64,000 nt of DNA from Eledone cirrhosa (GCA_964016885.1 OZ024743.1:227106001-227170000); one strand, 5' to 3'; numbered from the stretch's first letter, positions 24,400-38,870 are shown. Notes: generated by a model not told the origin, from the sequence alone. Program-made: numbers and translations.

Positions 24400-25785
24400 C
24401 GCCTCCATTATTGCCACACACTCCTATTGTTTGGGATCCTAGAGTGCCACCAAACTCTCCTCCTCTCTATGTCTATCACACAAAACTCTCTTTTAATCCC
24501 CCTCTTTGTATCTACCAAAACCAAATTCTACACCTCTCTATATATACCACGACACCGCCTCTTTTATATTACTCTATATATCTAAGAATAATACACTCTC
24601 TCACGATCTATAAATATATACTCTTATCTCTCCCAATCTCCCTCAGTATATCAATCAACCCTTAACTCTCACCCTCTCTATATCTACTACATCGTACTCT
24701 CCCATTATGCCTCTCTGTATGTCTACGACCACCAAATTCTCCCCCTCTCTATATCTACTAGAGGGTACTCTCTTTCAATCCCCCTCTCTATATCAATTAA
24801 TATCAAACAACCCCCTTCTCTGTATCTAATACAAGGTACTCTCTTAAAATACTCCTCTCTATATGAATTAACACCAAACTCTCCCCCTCTCTATATCTAC
24901 TACACTGAAGTCTCTCCCAATCACTCTTCTCTACATCAATTACCACCAACCTATCCACTCTCAATACAACACACTCTCTCCTCCCCTCTCACTCAAACAA
25001 TTACTACCAAACTCTCCCCCTCCCTATATCTATCAATACCTATCTTTATCAATCCTCTCACTGTATTCATTACCACCAAACTCTCCCCAATTCTATATCT
25101 TCTGCACGGAACTCTCTTCCATTTCCCCTGTCTATATCAATTTACACGAAACTCTCCCCCTCCCTATCTTCATGGAACTCTCTTCCAATATCCCTCTCTA
25201 TATCAATAAATATCAATCTCTCCACATCTCTATATCTAATATAAAACACATCTCCTAAGCCCTCTCATTATATCAATTAGCACCAAAATATATCTCTATA
25301 TATATCTACTATATAACACTCTCTCTCTCGTTCTATTTCACTCTATCCATCACTACCAAACTCTCCCCCTCTCTATATCTAATATACAACACACTGTCCC
25401 AACACCACTCACTATATCAAATATCACCAAATTATCTCTCTCTCCATATCTACCCTATAACACCCTCTCTCATTCCCTCTTACTTATGCATCACTACAAA
25501 GCTCTCCCCCTCTTCCATACAACATTCACTCCTAATTCCCTCTCGATATCAATTATCCCCCTTTCTATATCTACCATACAAAACTCTCTCATTCACTCTA
25601 TTCTTCACTACCAAACTCTCCCCCTATCTATACCTACTACACAGAAATCTCTTACAATCTCCTCTTAATACCAATTAATACCAAACTCTCTCCCTTTCTA
25701 TACCTCTTACACGGAACTCTCTTCCAATACCCCTCTCTGTATCAATTACCCCCAAACGCTCACCCTCCCTATATCTACGACAGAA
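24400..25785 (+). repeat. Degenerate pyrimidine-rich minisatellite, unit about 70 bp made of two related halves
   Basis: Recurring ACCAAACTCTCCCCCTCTCTATATCTA...ACTCTCTTCCAAT.CCCTCTCTATATCAATTA. Confidence 0.85.
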
Positions 25786-26064
25786 ATTATTGATGAGCCT
25801 GTGATGTATCTTGAACATAGGTAAAAAGGTTTCCGATGCTGACCATACTACCTGTTTAGTTAATGCATGATGTATCTTAATAAGAGTATCTAATTCGTTT
25901 CCTTCTTTGAAAACTCTAGTATATTATTTGAGGCAGATTTCCTTGGTATTTCTAGCAGTTAAAGAGACTGGGTACAGGAATGATTCCTCGCGGTGTCTCA
26001 TGCTAGTTTATTAAGTACATTAACTCTAAAAAAATGGCACAAAATTCATTCTAGCATAATATTA

Positions 26065-26690
26065 ATAGGGAAGTGTGATAAAAGAACAGGAAATGGTATA
26101 GAAGGTGATGGGCTGTTATAGAAGAAGTGTTCTGTGATAGGAGCGGTGGAATGTGAGAGGAGTGGTGGTCAGTGATAGAAAGAGAGGTAGTACGATATAG
26201 TAGATGAGCTTTATCGTGTTTGAGAGAGAGAGAAAGTGTGGTATGAGGTTAGGTAAAATGATAGATTGAGAGATGATAGTGGAATATAAACAGTGATAGA
26301 TAGTACGAGAGAAAGAGAGGTGTTCTCTGATAAAATTGTAGATAATGTAATTGGAGAGCTAGAGTGATAGAAAGAGAGGTATACTCCTGTAAAAGAAAGT
26401 GGCAGTGTAACAGGAGTTAAAGTAGTCTGATAGGAGGAGAGATAGTGTGATAGAAAGAAAGGTGTACTGTGATGTAGAGTGATATAATAGGAGAAGGTGG
26501 GGTCTCATAATAGAAAGAGAGGGGAACTTCGATAGCAGGAGAGGAAGTGTAATAGAGAATAGGTAGTTTGATAGAAATAAGGGAGGGATGATAGGGGAGA
26601 GAAGGAGAGATTGTGTGATAGAAAGAGACGTGTGTTGTGATAGAGGGAGAGGTTATGTGATAAAGTAGGAGAGGTTGTGTTGTGAATGCA
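26065..26690 (+). repeat. Degenerate purine-rich minisatellite, unit about 25 bp
   Basis: Recurring GTGATAGAAAGAGAGG / GTGATAGGAGAGG. Confidence 0.7.
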
Positions 26691-28787
26691 TCTATTGATA
26701 AAAAGAAATTTTTCTGAAAAGAATCATCGATGCGCAGTGGAGAATGTCTGAAACCAGTGATTGGTTCCAAGACAAAGTTCTGATCATAAATATCGATATA
26801 TAAATGGCAACAGGGATTAATCAATAACATAAATCGACAAGTTCTTCTTGACTTATCTTCTGGTCTGTGTAGATGTTGCTGTAGTTAATGCGGGTGGTGT
26901 TTGTGCTGTTTGTGGTAGTGTTGTTGTTGGAGGTGGTAGCGTTGTTGGTGGTGGTATCGGTGGTAGTGAAGGTAGATAGTAATGGTGGTGGTGATGTTGG
27001 TGATGTTTGTGGTAGAAGTGTTGAAGGTAGTGCTGGTGGTAATGAGAAAACGATAGTGCTGCTAATATTGGGAGTGTTGATGGTTGTTGTAATAAGATAG
27101 GTGGTGAAGGATGGTTGTGTGGATGCTGCTTGAGCTGGCGTTATTTGTAGTGGTATTCGTTGCATGGGTGATGGTGGTGGTATTCCTATTTATAAAATAG
27201 ACGTGTTTTTTTACTGTTTTTATTGTGCTCAAGTTTAAACCTAACCGAAGAAAACTTTAATCGAATGTATTTTGTATTTTTAGGTGGTAGATTCGACTAT
27301 ATTTTCTCTTGGATTAAGACGTAAAGAAGAGGATTTCAAGGAGATTAGTTTTTACTTCCGGCTGGTTAAGCGACCAATAAGACGCTTCCTTAATGGTCCA
27401 TAATATTGCTGCTATTTCTAGAATGTCAAGCGACAAAATAGTGGTTGTTAATTGGCCTGTAGTTGTAGTTATAGCAGCAATTGGTGATATTTTGTTTATG
27501 TTGGTATTTTTATACCAGTTATATTTTGGGATCTGTTCAAGAGAGAAAACGGCTTTCCGACAAATACTTCCCGTGATGTTTATAATTATAATGATTGGAT
27601 TTGTTCTGTTGATTATCTCCAGGTTAATCTTAATCGTACCAGCATTTTTAGGATTAACTAGGATTACATTATCTTGAATGTCATTCCAGATTTAAGGTGA
27701 TAGGGTGACATTGGAGAAGAAGTTGGCTTTTATTTCTACGAGGGATAGCAGTTGTTGGTTCGTATGATGACCGAGTTTCAGGAGTGATATAAACAACATG
27801 GGCTGGAACATCTTTGTTCTCGGGTCTGCTCCTTGAGGGTTGATCTTTGTCTAAGTCACAACAATATATAATGAAAGGATTAGTATTTTTATTGTAACGA
27901 TTACGTCTGTGTTTTTCGGTAATCATTATTTCAGGGATTGAATACAACTTCCATTTCAAATCAGTGTGACCTCATATGCAGTCACGAAAAAGATAATTCT
28001 TTGAAGTAAATTGTTTTAAGAACTAGCGATGTTTTTTCAAGTGACGAGTCTCATGTTAACTATCTGGAACTCATGCATACGCTATAATTAATTCAGTTTA
28101 ATACGTCTCTTAGAAAACCTACAGCCACATTGACACTATTGATACTATTGTTTCTCAGCTAAAAGATTACCCCTTGTAACTCCAGTCTCCGAAATAACCT
28201 AGAAATATATATTTCACAAAATGTTCTGCGAAACCACTTTACTAAAGCAAGTAAAATTAGTAAAACAAACCAAAGAAGGATCCACTATGTGGTTAGTCTA
28301 GCTTCTAGAATTACAGGCGAAATAATCACGAATCATGTTCTACAGTCGTAAACCAAGAAGAACTTCTGAACCGGGCACACATTGTGTTCTTGAGCAAAAC
28401 ACATTTTTCATGCTGTTTTTCATGATAAGCCTAAGATTTCTATGATAAAAATATAAAATAAACCTCATTTCTGATGCAATCAGGTATAAAGTCAACTTAA
28501 GCTTCGTAGGTGGGAGTGGCACCTTAAGGTTTTGTTTTTTTTAATAGCAAAGACAAAGAGTTTGAAAAGGCCAATAAATACAATGAACAAAAATAACATA
28601 AATCTCAGAGAAGTAAATTTAGCAATTACCTTAAGGGAGCCTGTAACAAGATTTGAAATATATAAATTTCACCACGGCACTCTAACGATTTTTCATTAAA
28701 ATCTTTAAAATTCGTATTTGATAATCTATATATATACATACATATATATAGATACATATACATATATATATATATACATACATATAC

Positions 28788-28887
<100 letters not shown>

Positions 28888-29745
28888 CCGTATTATTGTC
28901 TTCGTGTGTTGGATATTTTCTCTGACAATAAATGAAAATAGATGGAAATAAAACACGTATAGAAAAGTTCAAGCCCCAATAAATAAATATTCAGTAGGAA
29001 TAATATAAAAACTAAAAACCCAAACCAAAATAAAAAATAATATGCTACAATTCATTCGTGAACGGTCGACTTACCCTAGTAAAATAAATAAATAAAATGA
29101 ATAAATACATAAATAAAGGAATATAAATTAGTAAATTTTTAAATGAGTGGAACGTGTCCATTGTATCTGTGCTAGATTATATTACACTAGAAATTCAATC
29201 ATGACCAATAAATATCTCATAGCTCTTACCTTCTCATCATTCTGATAAAATTTCCAGACAGTCGACGGACTTGCTTCAATAAACACACAGTAGGACAGTA
29301 CACGAACATTGGAAATCCATCATCATAAACTCAGTTGAAATAACAATAACATTGTGTAAACTTCGCTTTTTTTTTTTCATTTCATTTAAACAAATTTTAA
29401 CAAGGTTTGAAAGGGGTGACGACAAATATTTGCATTCTTGCTTTAAAGCTTATAAAAGTTACACGCAACCTTCATCCTTGTTTTCTCACTTTCCCCCACC
29501 CCTTTTCAAACACCTTCCTTATGGCTTTATTTGTCTATCTCTATTTCTCCCCCCCCCCCTCTCTCTCTCTCTCCCTCCGTGCTTTCTTGTTTCTTTTACT
29601 GTCACTTATTCTAACCTTTTTATTTTTCTTATTTTCGTCCCTTTCACTATTGATAATTCTCCCTCTCTCTATTTATATACATACAAACACACACATACAT
29701 TTGCAAACACACACACACACACACACGCATATATATATATATATA

Positions 29746-29992
29746 TGAAGTGTTTCCGTATGAAAAGTAAGGGAAAGGAGAGTGCTCTATGTAGACTACA
29801 GAGCTTTTTAGTTATGTAATAAACAACATGAGATAATTATTTCATTTACCAAAGGTTTCACGAAGACAAATGAACCTGACACAGACGACTGAAATCGCTC
29901 GTCAGATTTCAGACGTCTGTGTCAGGCTCGTCTGTCTTCGTGAAACCTTTGGTAAATGAAATAATCATCTTATGTTCTTTATTACATAACTA
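29746..29992 (-). mobile_element. Fold-back cassette with the 3' half of an HHR
   Basis: Arms at about 29808-29896 and 29905-29992. The arm contains GAAACCTTTGGT-A; no CTGANGA in register. Tail 29746-29807. Confidence 0.65.
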
Positions 29993-30236
29993 TATATATG
30001 TATATATATATTTAATTCTAAATGCTTTGGAAGAGTGGAATATGGAGGTCCGAAGAGAATTGTCTTATTTAATTACATCCCTTTTGATTTCAAAGTTCAT
30101 ATTGAACTCAGCTTAATTGTTCCTGGTGGAGGGTAAATAAAAGTACCAGTTATATACTGGTCCCATTTAGTCTATACATTACCCAAATCTCAGCAGCTAG
30201 CGTCTTTGTTAGAAATCCATCACCATCTTTATAATT

Positions 30237-30284
<48 letters not shown>

Positions 30285-30360
30285 CTCTCTCTCGCTCTCT
30301 CTCTTTCTCTCTCTCTCTCACTCTCTCTTTATCTATCTATCTCTCTCTCTCTCTCTCTCA

Positions 30361-30393
<33 letters not shown>

Positions 30394-30549
30394 TTCCTCA
30401 CACTTCTCTCCCCACTCCACAACTATTATTTCGGGCCGCTTCTTTGTTGTATTCTCTCATTGTCTATATTTTTATATCCCCGTCTCTTTTCCTTTTCTGT
30501 ATTATTATCTATCTCTGTCTCTCACTCTTTCTCTTTCGCGCTCGCTCTC

Positions 30550-30643
<94 letters not shown>

Positions 30644-30751
30644 ATATATATTTATTTTGAGGGAGGGTTATATTGTTATAACATTGCCAGAAATAATAAA
30701 AGAAGCACTCACTATTTGGATTGGATTGGTTTCATCGGGATCATACTATTT

Positions 30752-30788
<37 letters not shown>

Positions 30789-30797
30789 AATAGTATG

Positions 30798-30893
30798 ACC
30801 CCGACGGCAGAGCTCAAGCCGTTTCGATGGCTATTTCTGGACTAAATTAGAATGTTTAGCCAGGTAAATAAATAGCCGAACTTGTCAAGGGGT
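30798..30893 (-). ncRNA. Type-I hammerhead ribozyme, U3-A8 variant, extended stem II
   Basis: Minus strand: ACCCC-TTGACAA-G TTC GGCTATTT...AAATAGCC AT C-GAA-ACGGC TTGAGCTCT GCCGT-C-GGGGT. Confidence 0.78.
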
Positions 30894-31146
30894 ACTTCCT
30901 TATATGGGAAGATTGTAGTTGTTGAGAGGATGGGTCAAAATTTGTTGTAAACACAAATAAATCTATCATGGCATTTGGTGGGAGGTAGGGATGGCTGAAC
31001 TTGCCTGTAGAATAATGAGGGAGTGAGTTCTACAGACAAGTTCAGCCATCCCTACCTCCCATCAAATGCCATGATAGATTTATTCGTGTTTACAACAAAT
31101 GTTGACCAATCCTCTCAACAACTACAATCTTCCCATATAAGGAAGT

Positions 31147-31242
31147 ACCCCTTGACAATTTCGGCTATTTATTTATCAGGCTAAAAATTCTAATTTAGTC
31201 CAGAAATAGCCGTCGAAACGACTTGAGCTCTGCCGTCGGGGT
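31147..31242 (+). ncRNA. Second-arm copy of the same hammerhead
   Basis: ACCCC-TTGACAA-TTTCGGCTATTT...AAATAGCCGTC-GAA-ACGAC TTGAGCTCT GCCGT-C-GGGGT. Confidence 0.72.
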
Positions 31243-31336
31243 CATACTTTTTCCTATTACCTACTCTACTACCGTAGGTATTGAGTACTCTGGTGCGTTA
31301 TGGTCCATCTGGTTCCTTACCACAATTTCTTCGTTA

Positions 31337-31386
<50 letters not shown>

Positions 31387-31387
31387 A

Positions 31388-31430
31388 TCAAAGTTCTTTC
31401 GTCACACATCTGTGATATCATCAGTGGTAC
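31388..31430 (-). ncRNA. Decayed minimal hammerhead, same family as 3837-3881
   Basis: Minus strand: ACCA-CTGATGA-TA-TCACA GATG TGTGA-C-GAA-AG AA CT-T-TGAT. Confidence 0.6.
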
Positions 31431-31899
31431 TATTATGTTTCCTCCCTTTGTATTGTATAATCTACGCCATTTTTATTTTATGTAATAATTTTTTTTTCTT
31501 GTCTCTGTCTGTTTGCGCATCCGTTTGCATGTGTGTTTTCTGTTTGATGTGAGTTCGTGTGTTCAGTCTATGTGTGTTTGTTGTTATATATATATATCCA
31601 TAGCATTAGTGAAAACTATGTTTGCTTGTCATATCCTTATTCACTTCATGGAAATACCAACACTTGATTACACAACTTATCATAGAAATACTCTACAAGT
31701 TCACAGTCACCTCATTCAATTATATTACAGTATTCGTGCCCATATCTTCTCTCAGAATATCACTGTCCATTTTATAGTTACGTTTTCATACTCAAGATGA
31801 GGTTGATATACGTTATCTCTTTAACCACAAGTATACCAGTTATATACCCTGTTTTCCTCTTCTCTCCCCACTAAATGTATTCCCAGAGTTTATATATTT

Positions 31900-32570
31900 T
31901 CTTACTTTACCTAGTCATATTCAAAATTTTGAAATATTTGACAACCTCTGCCATGCTTTAATATTTGTATGAAGATGAAAAAGTGAAAATCATTCTAGAA
32001 ATACTCAAAATCATCAAGAGTATAATACATCAAGCCATAAAACATATCCTTACTGGAGCGGAAACCAACAAACAAATCTCCAACCACACTGTTACAAAAT
32101 GTGGAAAAACAAATCGTGGTACTTGCTTAAGCCTAATCGAGGAATAAAAATCCAAATTTAAGGATAGACAAACCTTCAGAATAAAAGAAAATTTCACCTG
32201 CAACTCGGAAAACCTCATCAATGCTTGGAGGCTTGCAGAATTATATAGTAATTTCATTACGCAAAGCAATGACCGTATACCGCTCACAAACCGCGACGAA
32301 AATATGAGACAAGACTCCTTAAACATTGCAACATTCAACGTTTCCCACTCTACAAATTCTCAGACTTTTTCTCTCAAAAACAGAGAATAAATGAAGAAAT
32401 ACAATTCATTAGAAAAAACAAATCACAATTAGATATATAATTGTCCCATTCAACAATAAATACTGTTCTATTGATAGGTGTATTCAATTTGAATACACCT
32501 ATATGAAATACCCTGCAACCACACACACGAGCACCACAAGCTGAAAGGAAGAACCATAATTCAAAGGAAA
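31900..32570 (+). pseudogene. Decayed PLE linker/GIY-YIG fragment
   Basis: Manual translation TVTKCGKTNRGTCLSLIEE*...FRIKENFTCNSENLI resembles the PLE Cys linker and the start of GIY-YIG (FTC.S.N.IY). Confidence 0.6.
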
Positions 32571-33249
32571 CCAACTAAGAATCTTTTTTCCTTCCCTTTC
32601 TTCCTTCTTTTCTCCCTTTCCCTTTTTTATTTTTATAGTTATATTAATTATTTTCGTTAGCGTTATTATTATTTCCTACTTTCTCTTCTACATATCTTCA
32701 AGAAATCCAAATTTTGCAATCCCCAGAACCCATTTCAGCTATGTTTATACCTATATTTATATTTATGTTTTCATCTTTGCTCTTACCTGCAAATTATAAA
32801 AGTAATTTTGATCTTTTGTCGCAAGGCGTACACACACATACCACAAGACAAAAAGAAACATTCTATACCCAGGCTTTATGTACTTCAGCTTGTTTCACAA
32901 ACCCCAAATACTGATCATTTGACACAATAACACCTCAAATAAATACTCACACAAAAACACACCCATCACAAATGCCATCTGGACCATTACTATGAATGGT
33001 AACAGTATTTTCTATTTTTAACCAAGTGAATTCAATTGAATCCTGACTTCTGGAGCCCCACTTCTACCTTCACCACCGCACCTTCATAATGAACATATAT
33101 ATAAGATGAAATTTCGACAGAGAATTCAAATATTCAGACTGCTCACAAAATATATGAAAACTCTTTTTCTAATTTTTAATTCTGTCGGGTTAAAAAGGAA
33201 ATAGTCTTTAAGTATGCATGTGAATTTTCACCTTTACTTTTTAACTATA

Positions 33250-33575
33250 TAAGTAAAAGAAATTGAAAATGCAATTGGAGGCTTTTAAGAATATTCATTT
33301 ATTTACTTTACCGATTTCACAGTTCTTATGAATTTGTGTTTCTGTTGTGGTGTCTGTTTCTGTTTCTGTTTCTGTTGTGGTTTCCGAGACAAACCACAAC
33401 AGAAACACAACCCCCATCGCAATTTTACTATTAAAAATCATAAGAACTGTGAAATCGGTAAAGTAAATAAATAAATATTCTTAAAAGACTCCAGCTGCAT
33501 TTTCAACTTCTTTCCCTTACACTTTCACCCGTGTAGGACGTTTTGGGGGTTGTTTTTTTTTAAACCCTAATTTCT
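33250..33575 (+). mobile_element. Fold-back cassette, family of 1235-2005
   Basis: Arms at about 33255-33350 and 33393-33515. GAACTGTGAAATCGGTAAAG matches the 3' half of the 1371 HHR; tail CCCGTGTAGGAC matches 1275-1290 in reverse. Confidence 0.7.
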
Positions 33576-33936
33576 TTATATATATATATATATATATAAA
33601 CAATGAGATATTTGGTTTGTTGATTATTCAACAAACTTAATTTATAACAGATTAGAAGCACCGAACAGTATTTCTCCGGAGTATCATTAATATCAATAAT
33701 ATTACTAAATGGAAAATATATTTATAAAACTATATTTATTTTATTATACGTATTTCAAGGGTACTAATATTTTAGTACGCTTTCGACAGATATCTTCAAT
33801 GAAATTATAACATGAAGTTCACATGAAGATATGTCACTATCTTTATATCTCCATTTGCAAATTAGGCTGCTCAGCCGTTGATATTCATAAGGAAAGTATA
33901 TACTTCCAAACGTTCAATGGACTGACAGGAAGGCAT

Positions 33937-33979
33937 ACGGTGCTGATGACAGCTAATAAGCTAGAAACTAGTTCATCGT
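33937..33979 (+). ncRNA. Minimal type-I hammerhead ribozyme, canonical core
   Basis: ACGGTG-CTGATGA-C-AGCT AATA AGCT-A-GAA-ACTAGT-T-CATCGT. Stem I 6 bp (one G-U), palindromic stem III, GUU triplet. Confidence 0.78.
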
Positions 33980-34097
33980 TTCTTTATCAGTGTTGAAAAA
34001 AAAGGCAACGATGGTTACCGAACACTGTACGGCTTGATTCGGGCTGTTTGTTTACAAACAAACCGAACATTATAATAAATGTTCGGTAAACCCATAC

Positions 34098-34146
<49 letters not shown>

Positions 34147-34199
34147 CATATGTATGTATATACATAATACTGTACGTCTCTATACATATATGTATGTAC

Positions 34200-34261
<62 letters not shown>

Positions 34262-34287
34262 GTATATATGTATATTATATATATGTG

Positions 34288-34347
<60 letters not shown>

Positions 34348-34646
34348 TATATATTTATATATATATACCTACACATACCTACATACACACGCGCACACAT
34401 ACTAAACTCACAAAGTGACAGTCACCCTCCCACACTCTCACCATATAGTGCTTGTATTTGTTCTTTCTATCGCACTCAACTTTCGCATCCGTTTATACAC
34501 GCACAGAAATACATCTAACATATACATTTTCTACCTGCATTTTCACTCACACATACACCTTATCTCTTTCTCAACACACACGAATTCTCACATGCACGCA
34601 CACACACATGCACATAGAAATACATACACATATATATATATTTATT

Positions 34647-34727
<81 letters not shown>

Positions 34728-37700
34728 GTATATATATATGTATATATATATATACATCACTAATTCCCCCTCTCCTTCCCTCCTAACAGGCGCACACCTA
34801 TTTCCTCCCTCTCCTTGCTTCTACCTGTACCCACCCAGAACATTATTTGAAGTCTGTCGTTTATTTATTCCTTCCGAACTCCCTCCGATGCCAACCTCCA
34901 CTCATTTTGTTTGCTGTTCTTATATCTGTGACGTTGTTGTTGTCTCATATATTTGTTTTGTTATTGTTGTTCCTCCGTGTATGTTTGTGTGCTTTGTTTG
35001 TTTTTGCTGATTTTTTTTTTCATTTTTTTTTTCTTTTGTATTAATCAATATTTTTCTACTTCGAATACAGTAAAAACAAAATTTATTCTATTGATTAATC
35101 AACAACAACAACAACAACATCTATAAAACACAACAATAACAACAGCAACACAAAAATATAGACAATGAAAACGCACAATTCAACAGTCCCTTCTCACATT
35201 TTCACTCTCTTTGTCTCTCTTTGTCTGTTTCTCTATCTTTCTGTCTATCTCCATCTTTCTTTCTTTCTTTCGTTTTCCTTTATTCCTCTCCCTTTCCTTC
35301 TTCCTATCCCTGAAATCCTCTCAATATATCTTTCGTTTTCCTTTCTGCCACCCACCCCCCTTCCCAACTTCTACTTTACTTTTCATTTATCGCTTTTTTT
35401 TATTATTATTTTCACTATTATTAGTGGTTGCAGTAGTAGTAGTAATAGTTTTAGTATAGTTGTTGCTGATGTTGTTATTATTGTAAATAATTGATCAAAA
35501 TTGTTGTTTTATTGCTTTTTTTTTTTCTTTTATTATATCTATTTAAATATATTTGTATATACTTTGTTAGCAAAAAATAACGATTTGTTTGAGATTTCGT
35601 GTTTTTTTCTTGTATTATTCGTTCTTTTCCCAGTGTTGTTATTTTTGTTTTTACACCATTTGTCATAATTTGCAACTTCACTAGATTTTTGAATAAATGG
35701 TAATATTTCACTCATTAGTGTATGTATTAAACTGGAGTACAGATGACCGAGTGAATACAGTTCTATACGTACTACAATCAGACAGTTGGCCGAGAAGTCT
35801 TGGTGTTAAAATTCATAGATGTGTGTGTGTTTGTTTTTTTTGTTTTTTGTTTTTTTCAGGCAGCGAATTGTAAATTTAGAACCTTGGATTTAATGCTTTA
35901 TGATATTAATTCCAGCTACCTGGGCTTCCACTTTAAATTACACCAATCAAAACTCGACCATTCCAATGTCGATAAATAAAGTACCAGTCGAGTCCAGGAA
36001 TCGATTCCTCAAATCTCTCTCTCTGTGTCTTTATCTCACACAGACCCACTCATGTATTCTGGAAGAAATCAGATTTGTTAAAACCTGGAGAAGAATAGAC
36101 TCCTCTCGGTTTAAATGTAATAGCAACGGCCCTACAAAAGCACATGAATGATGCTATATGTATAGCACATCTTTGCCTAACCCTATGTTTGTGATAGATA
36201 CTACTGCTGCTGTTGGGGCCTTATTGTGAAAGTCAATACTTGCCGTGATCATTTTTGTTTTCTTTTTTTAAGGCAACATGTATCTAGAGTTACATTTCCA
36301 AATTTTCCGCTCCGTTAAACTCTTCACATCCTACAATGATGTAGCAGAAAATATCTATAACCAAGTTTTTAATTCAAATGTTTATCGTAGCGGTCGATAG
36401 ACCGTCGTAAAAAGTTGCAGCATTAGAATAATGATTCTATTTTTTAACACGATACTGTCATGTTGCTGTTTTATACATTTCAAATATTCTTGAAAATGTG
36501 GTTTTATGCTAATCAGCACAAGAAGAGTTGACAGTAGTGGGGATGAATGTGTGAACACTTGCAGTGGCGGTACCCCTCTAAAAAACTGGGATTCCTGGTA
36601 ATATTAACTATGAATGTCATAGTAATGTAACAACACTACACAGATTGTATGAGGAAATATGCAGTACACCCATTATTCTACTCAATATAGGTTAACAGAA
36701 GGAATGAGTGATCTATGGTGGATTTGTTTTCTATTATTTCCTTGCAAGTCGAGCTAAAACATAGATGCTCGTTCGCTGACTTGTAGTGCTACGTCCGCAT
36801 TCCAAGGTGGCATTGATCACCGGAGTGAATATCAACAGCGACATCTTGATATAATAATTCTGTTTTGGTTAAATTCAATGATTGAGTTTATTGAGATACA
36901 CGTTATTCGAGTTTATTGAGACACACGTAAGTTACCATTCTCTCTTATCTGAGACCGTCCTCATGCAGCACATAGACACACCTACATAAACACACATACA
37001 TACACAAACACACATACACACATACCAACACCAGCACCACAATCACTACCACTACCACATTTTCATTTTGCAGACTGGATATTTCAAAAGATTAACAAAG
37101 AATCATATTCACAATAGTATACGGCTCCTATATCTGGGACAGTGCTCTTACGATGAATGCACTCATCCTTGCTTATGTGGCATCAGAACACCGAAGGTCA
37201 TCTAAACTGGAGTGAATGAGAATGTGCGTTAGATTATTGTGGCTGGACCTTATTGATCTCAAATGTATAAGGTCACATTTCATACTCCAGTCGTTTTAAA
37301 CTGTATCAACCTTACCAATCTCAGAATTATATCAAAGGTCATGTACACAGGCCATCCTTTACACTAAAATATAAAAACGAAACATTTACAGAACAGAAAA
37401 ATACTACACTTTAATCTTAGTCAAATGACTGAGAATGGATCTCTTACTGGAATCAAATGAATGTCATTCATTACATTAATAAATGTTCACATCCACTCGG
37501 TTCACTGTACGTACTACATAGGGTATGAGGTCACACGTGTAGTCGCCTTAGTGAACGTGCCAGTCTTAGTGCTTAATGTTATTTACGATCGTATAAACAT
37601 AAATGAATAGGGTCATTTAAAACAACTGATCACAATAGAGAGGTTTAATTTTATTAAACTTTCTCTGGCTCTCATACATTGTCTTACTGGTGGCTGGCCT

Positions 37701-38330
37701 GCAATGTTAAGATTGTGAGATCGATTCCCAGCAAGGTGTTGTTTTCGTAAACAATGAATTTATTTCACGTTACTCCAGTCTGTGCAGCTGGGAGAAATTT
37801 GTTGTTCCTGTAATACAAAGAACCAGACATGTCACAAAATGTATCACGCTGAGAACTACACTAAATGTTGCACGTGTCTGTGTGATGCTCAGTAACTCAC
37901 AGGTTAATTTTGTGAGAAGGTTGTTACGTAGATAGTACAATTGAACAAGTCACCGTCGGAACAGTTGACCAACAAATACGATTAAGAATGAAAAATTTTT
38001 TCCACATGAAAAAATGCTAATGTTTATTGCTTTATATTTATTTATATTCATTACGGTAATATATCATTTTCACCGTACTAAGTTCTGCACAGTAAAACAA
38101 AACTGCGGTGGCCTCATTCCTCTAGTGCTCTAAACACATGCTTATATTGTTTAATAATTAATCCGGGCCTGCTTCTTCTGTATTCAAGCTCTCTCATGTA
38201 GTTCGATTGTTGGGGCTTGTTGGGAGCTTACCTCTCATATAGTATTATTCTACACTACACTGGCCACAGAAAACATGAATAATATAAACTTGTAAATTCA
38301 TATATGCAATCATATTTATTATATCTATAA

Positions 38331-38366
<36 letters not shown>

Positions 38367-38798
38367 TTATGTTTGTACATGTGTGTTTTTATGTGTGCAT
38401 AAATATGTATATTATAAAAATACGCGTATTTATACAATATATATTTCTTGTTCCATATATGTATGCGTAAATAACGACACTCACAAATACAGTTATAAAA
38501 ATATTACCATATTCATACGAAATACCCTGTCAGCATATTATATATGTACATTAATGCAATCCATATATACGTGCATTTACATATGAATATATATATATTG
38601 CGTATATGTTCGTATGTGTTTGTGGATTTGTGTGTATGAGTGTGTATATGTGGGGATGTGTGTGTGCGTGTGTGTGTTTAAGTACCGATATTCCTTCATT
38701 CAGTCATGCTGAAATATAGTTTGTTGCTATATACGCAGATCCATAAATCAATAATACGCTGATCCATTTATACAATCATTCATCCATACATCTGCCAT

Positions 38799-38870
<72 letters not shown>

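Larger units (their letters stand above)
30786..31337 (+). mobile_element. Long fold-back cassette (arms of about 225 bp) with an HHR in each arm
   Basis: Arms 30786-31012 and 31028-31253, 15-nt spacer, tail 31254-31337, (TA)n flanks. Confidence 0.85.

Noticed and set aside
26821-27959. Thr-rich ORF and neighbouring short ORFs as host exons
   Set aside because: Low-complexity (GTT/GGT)n-derived sequence; no domain or coherent splice structure recognised.
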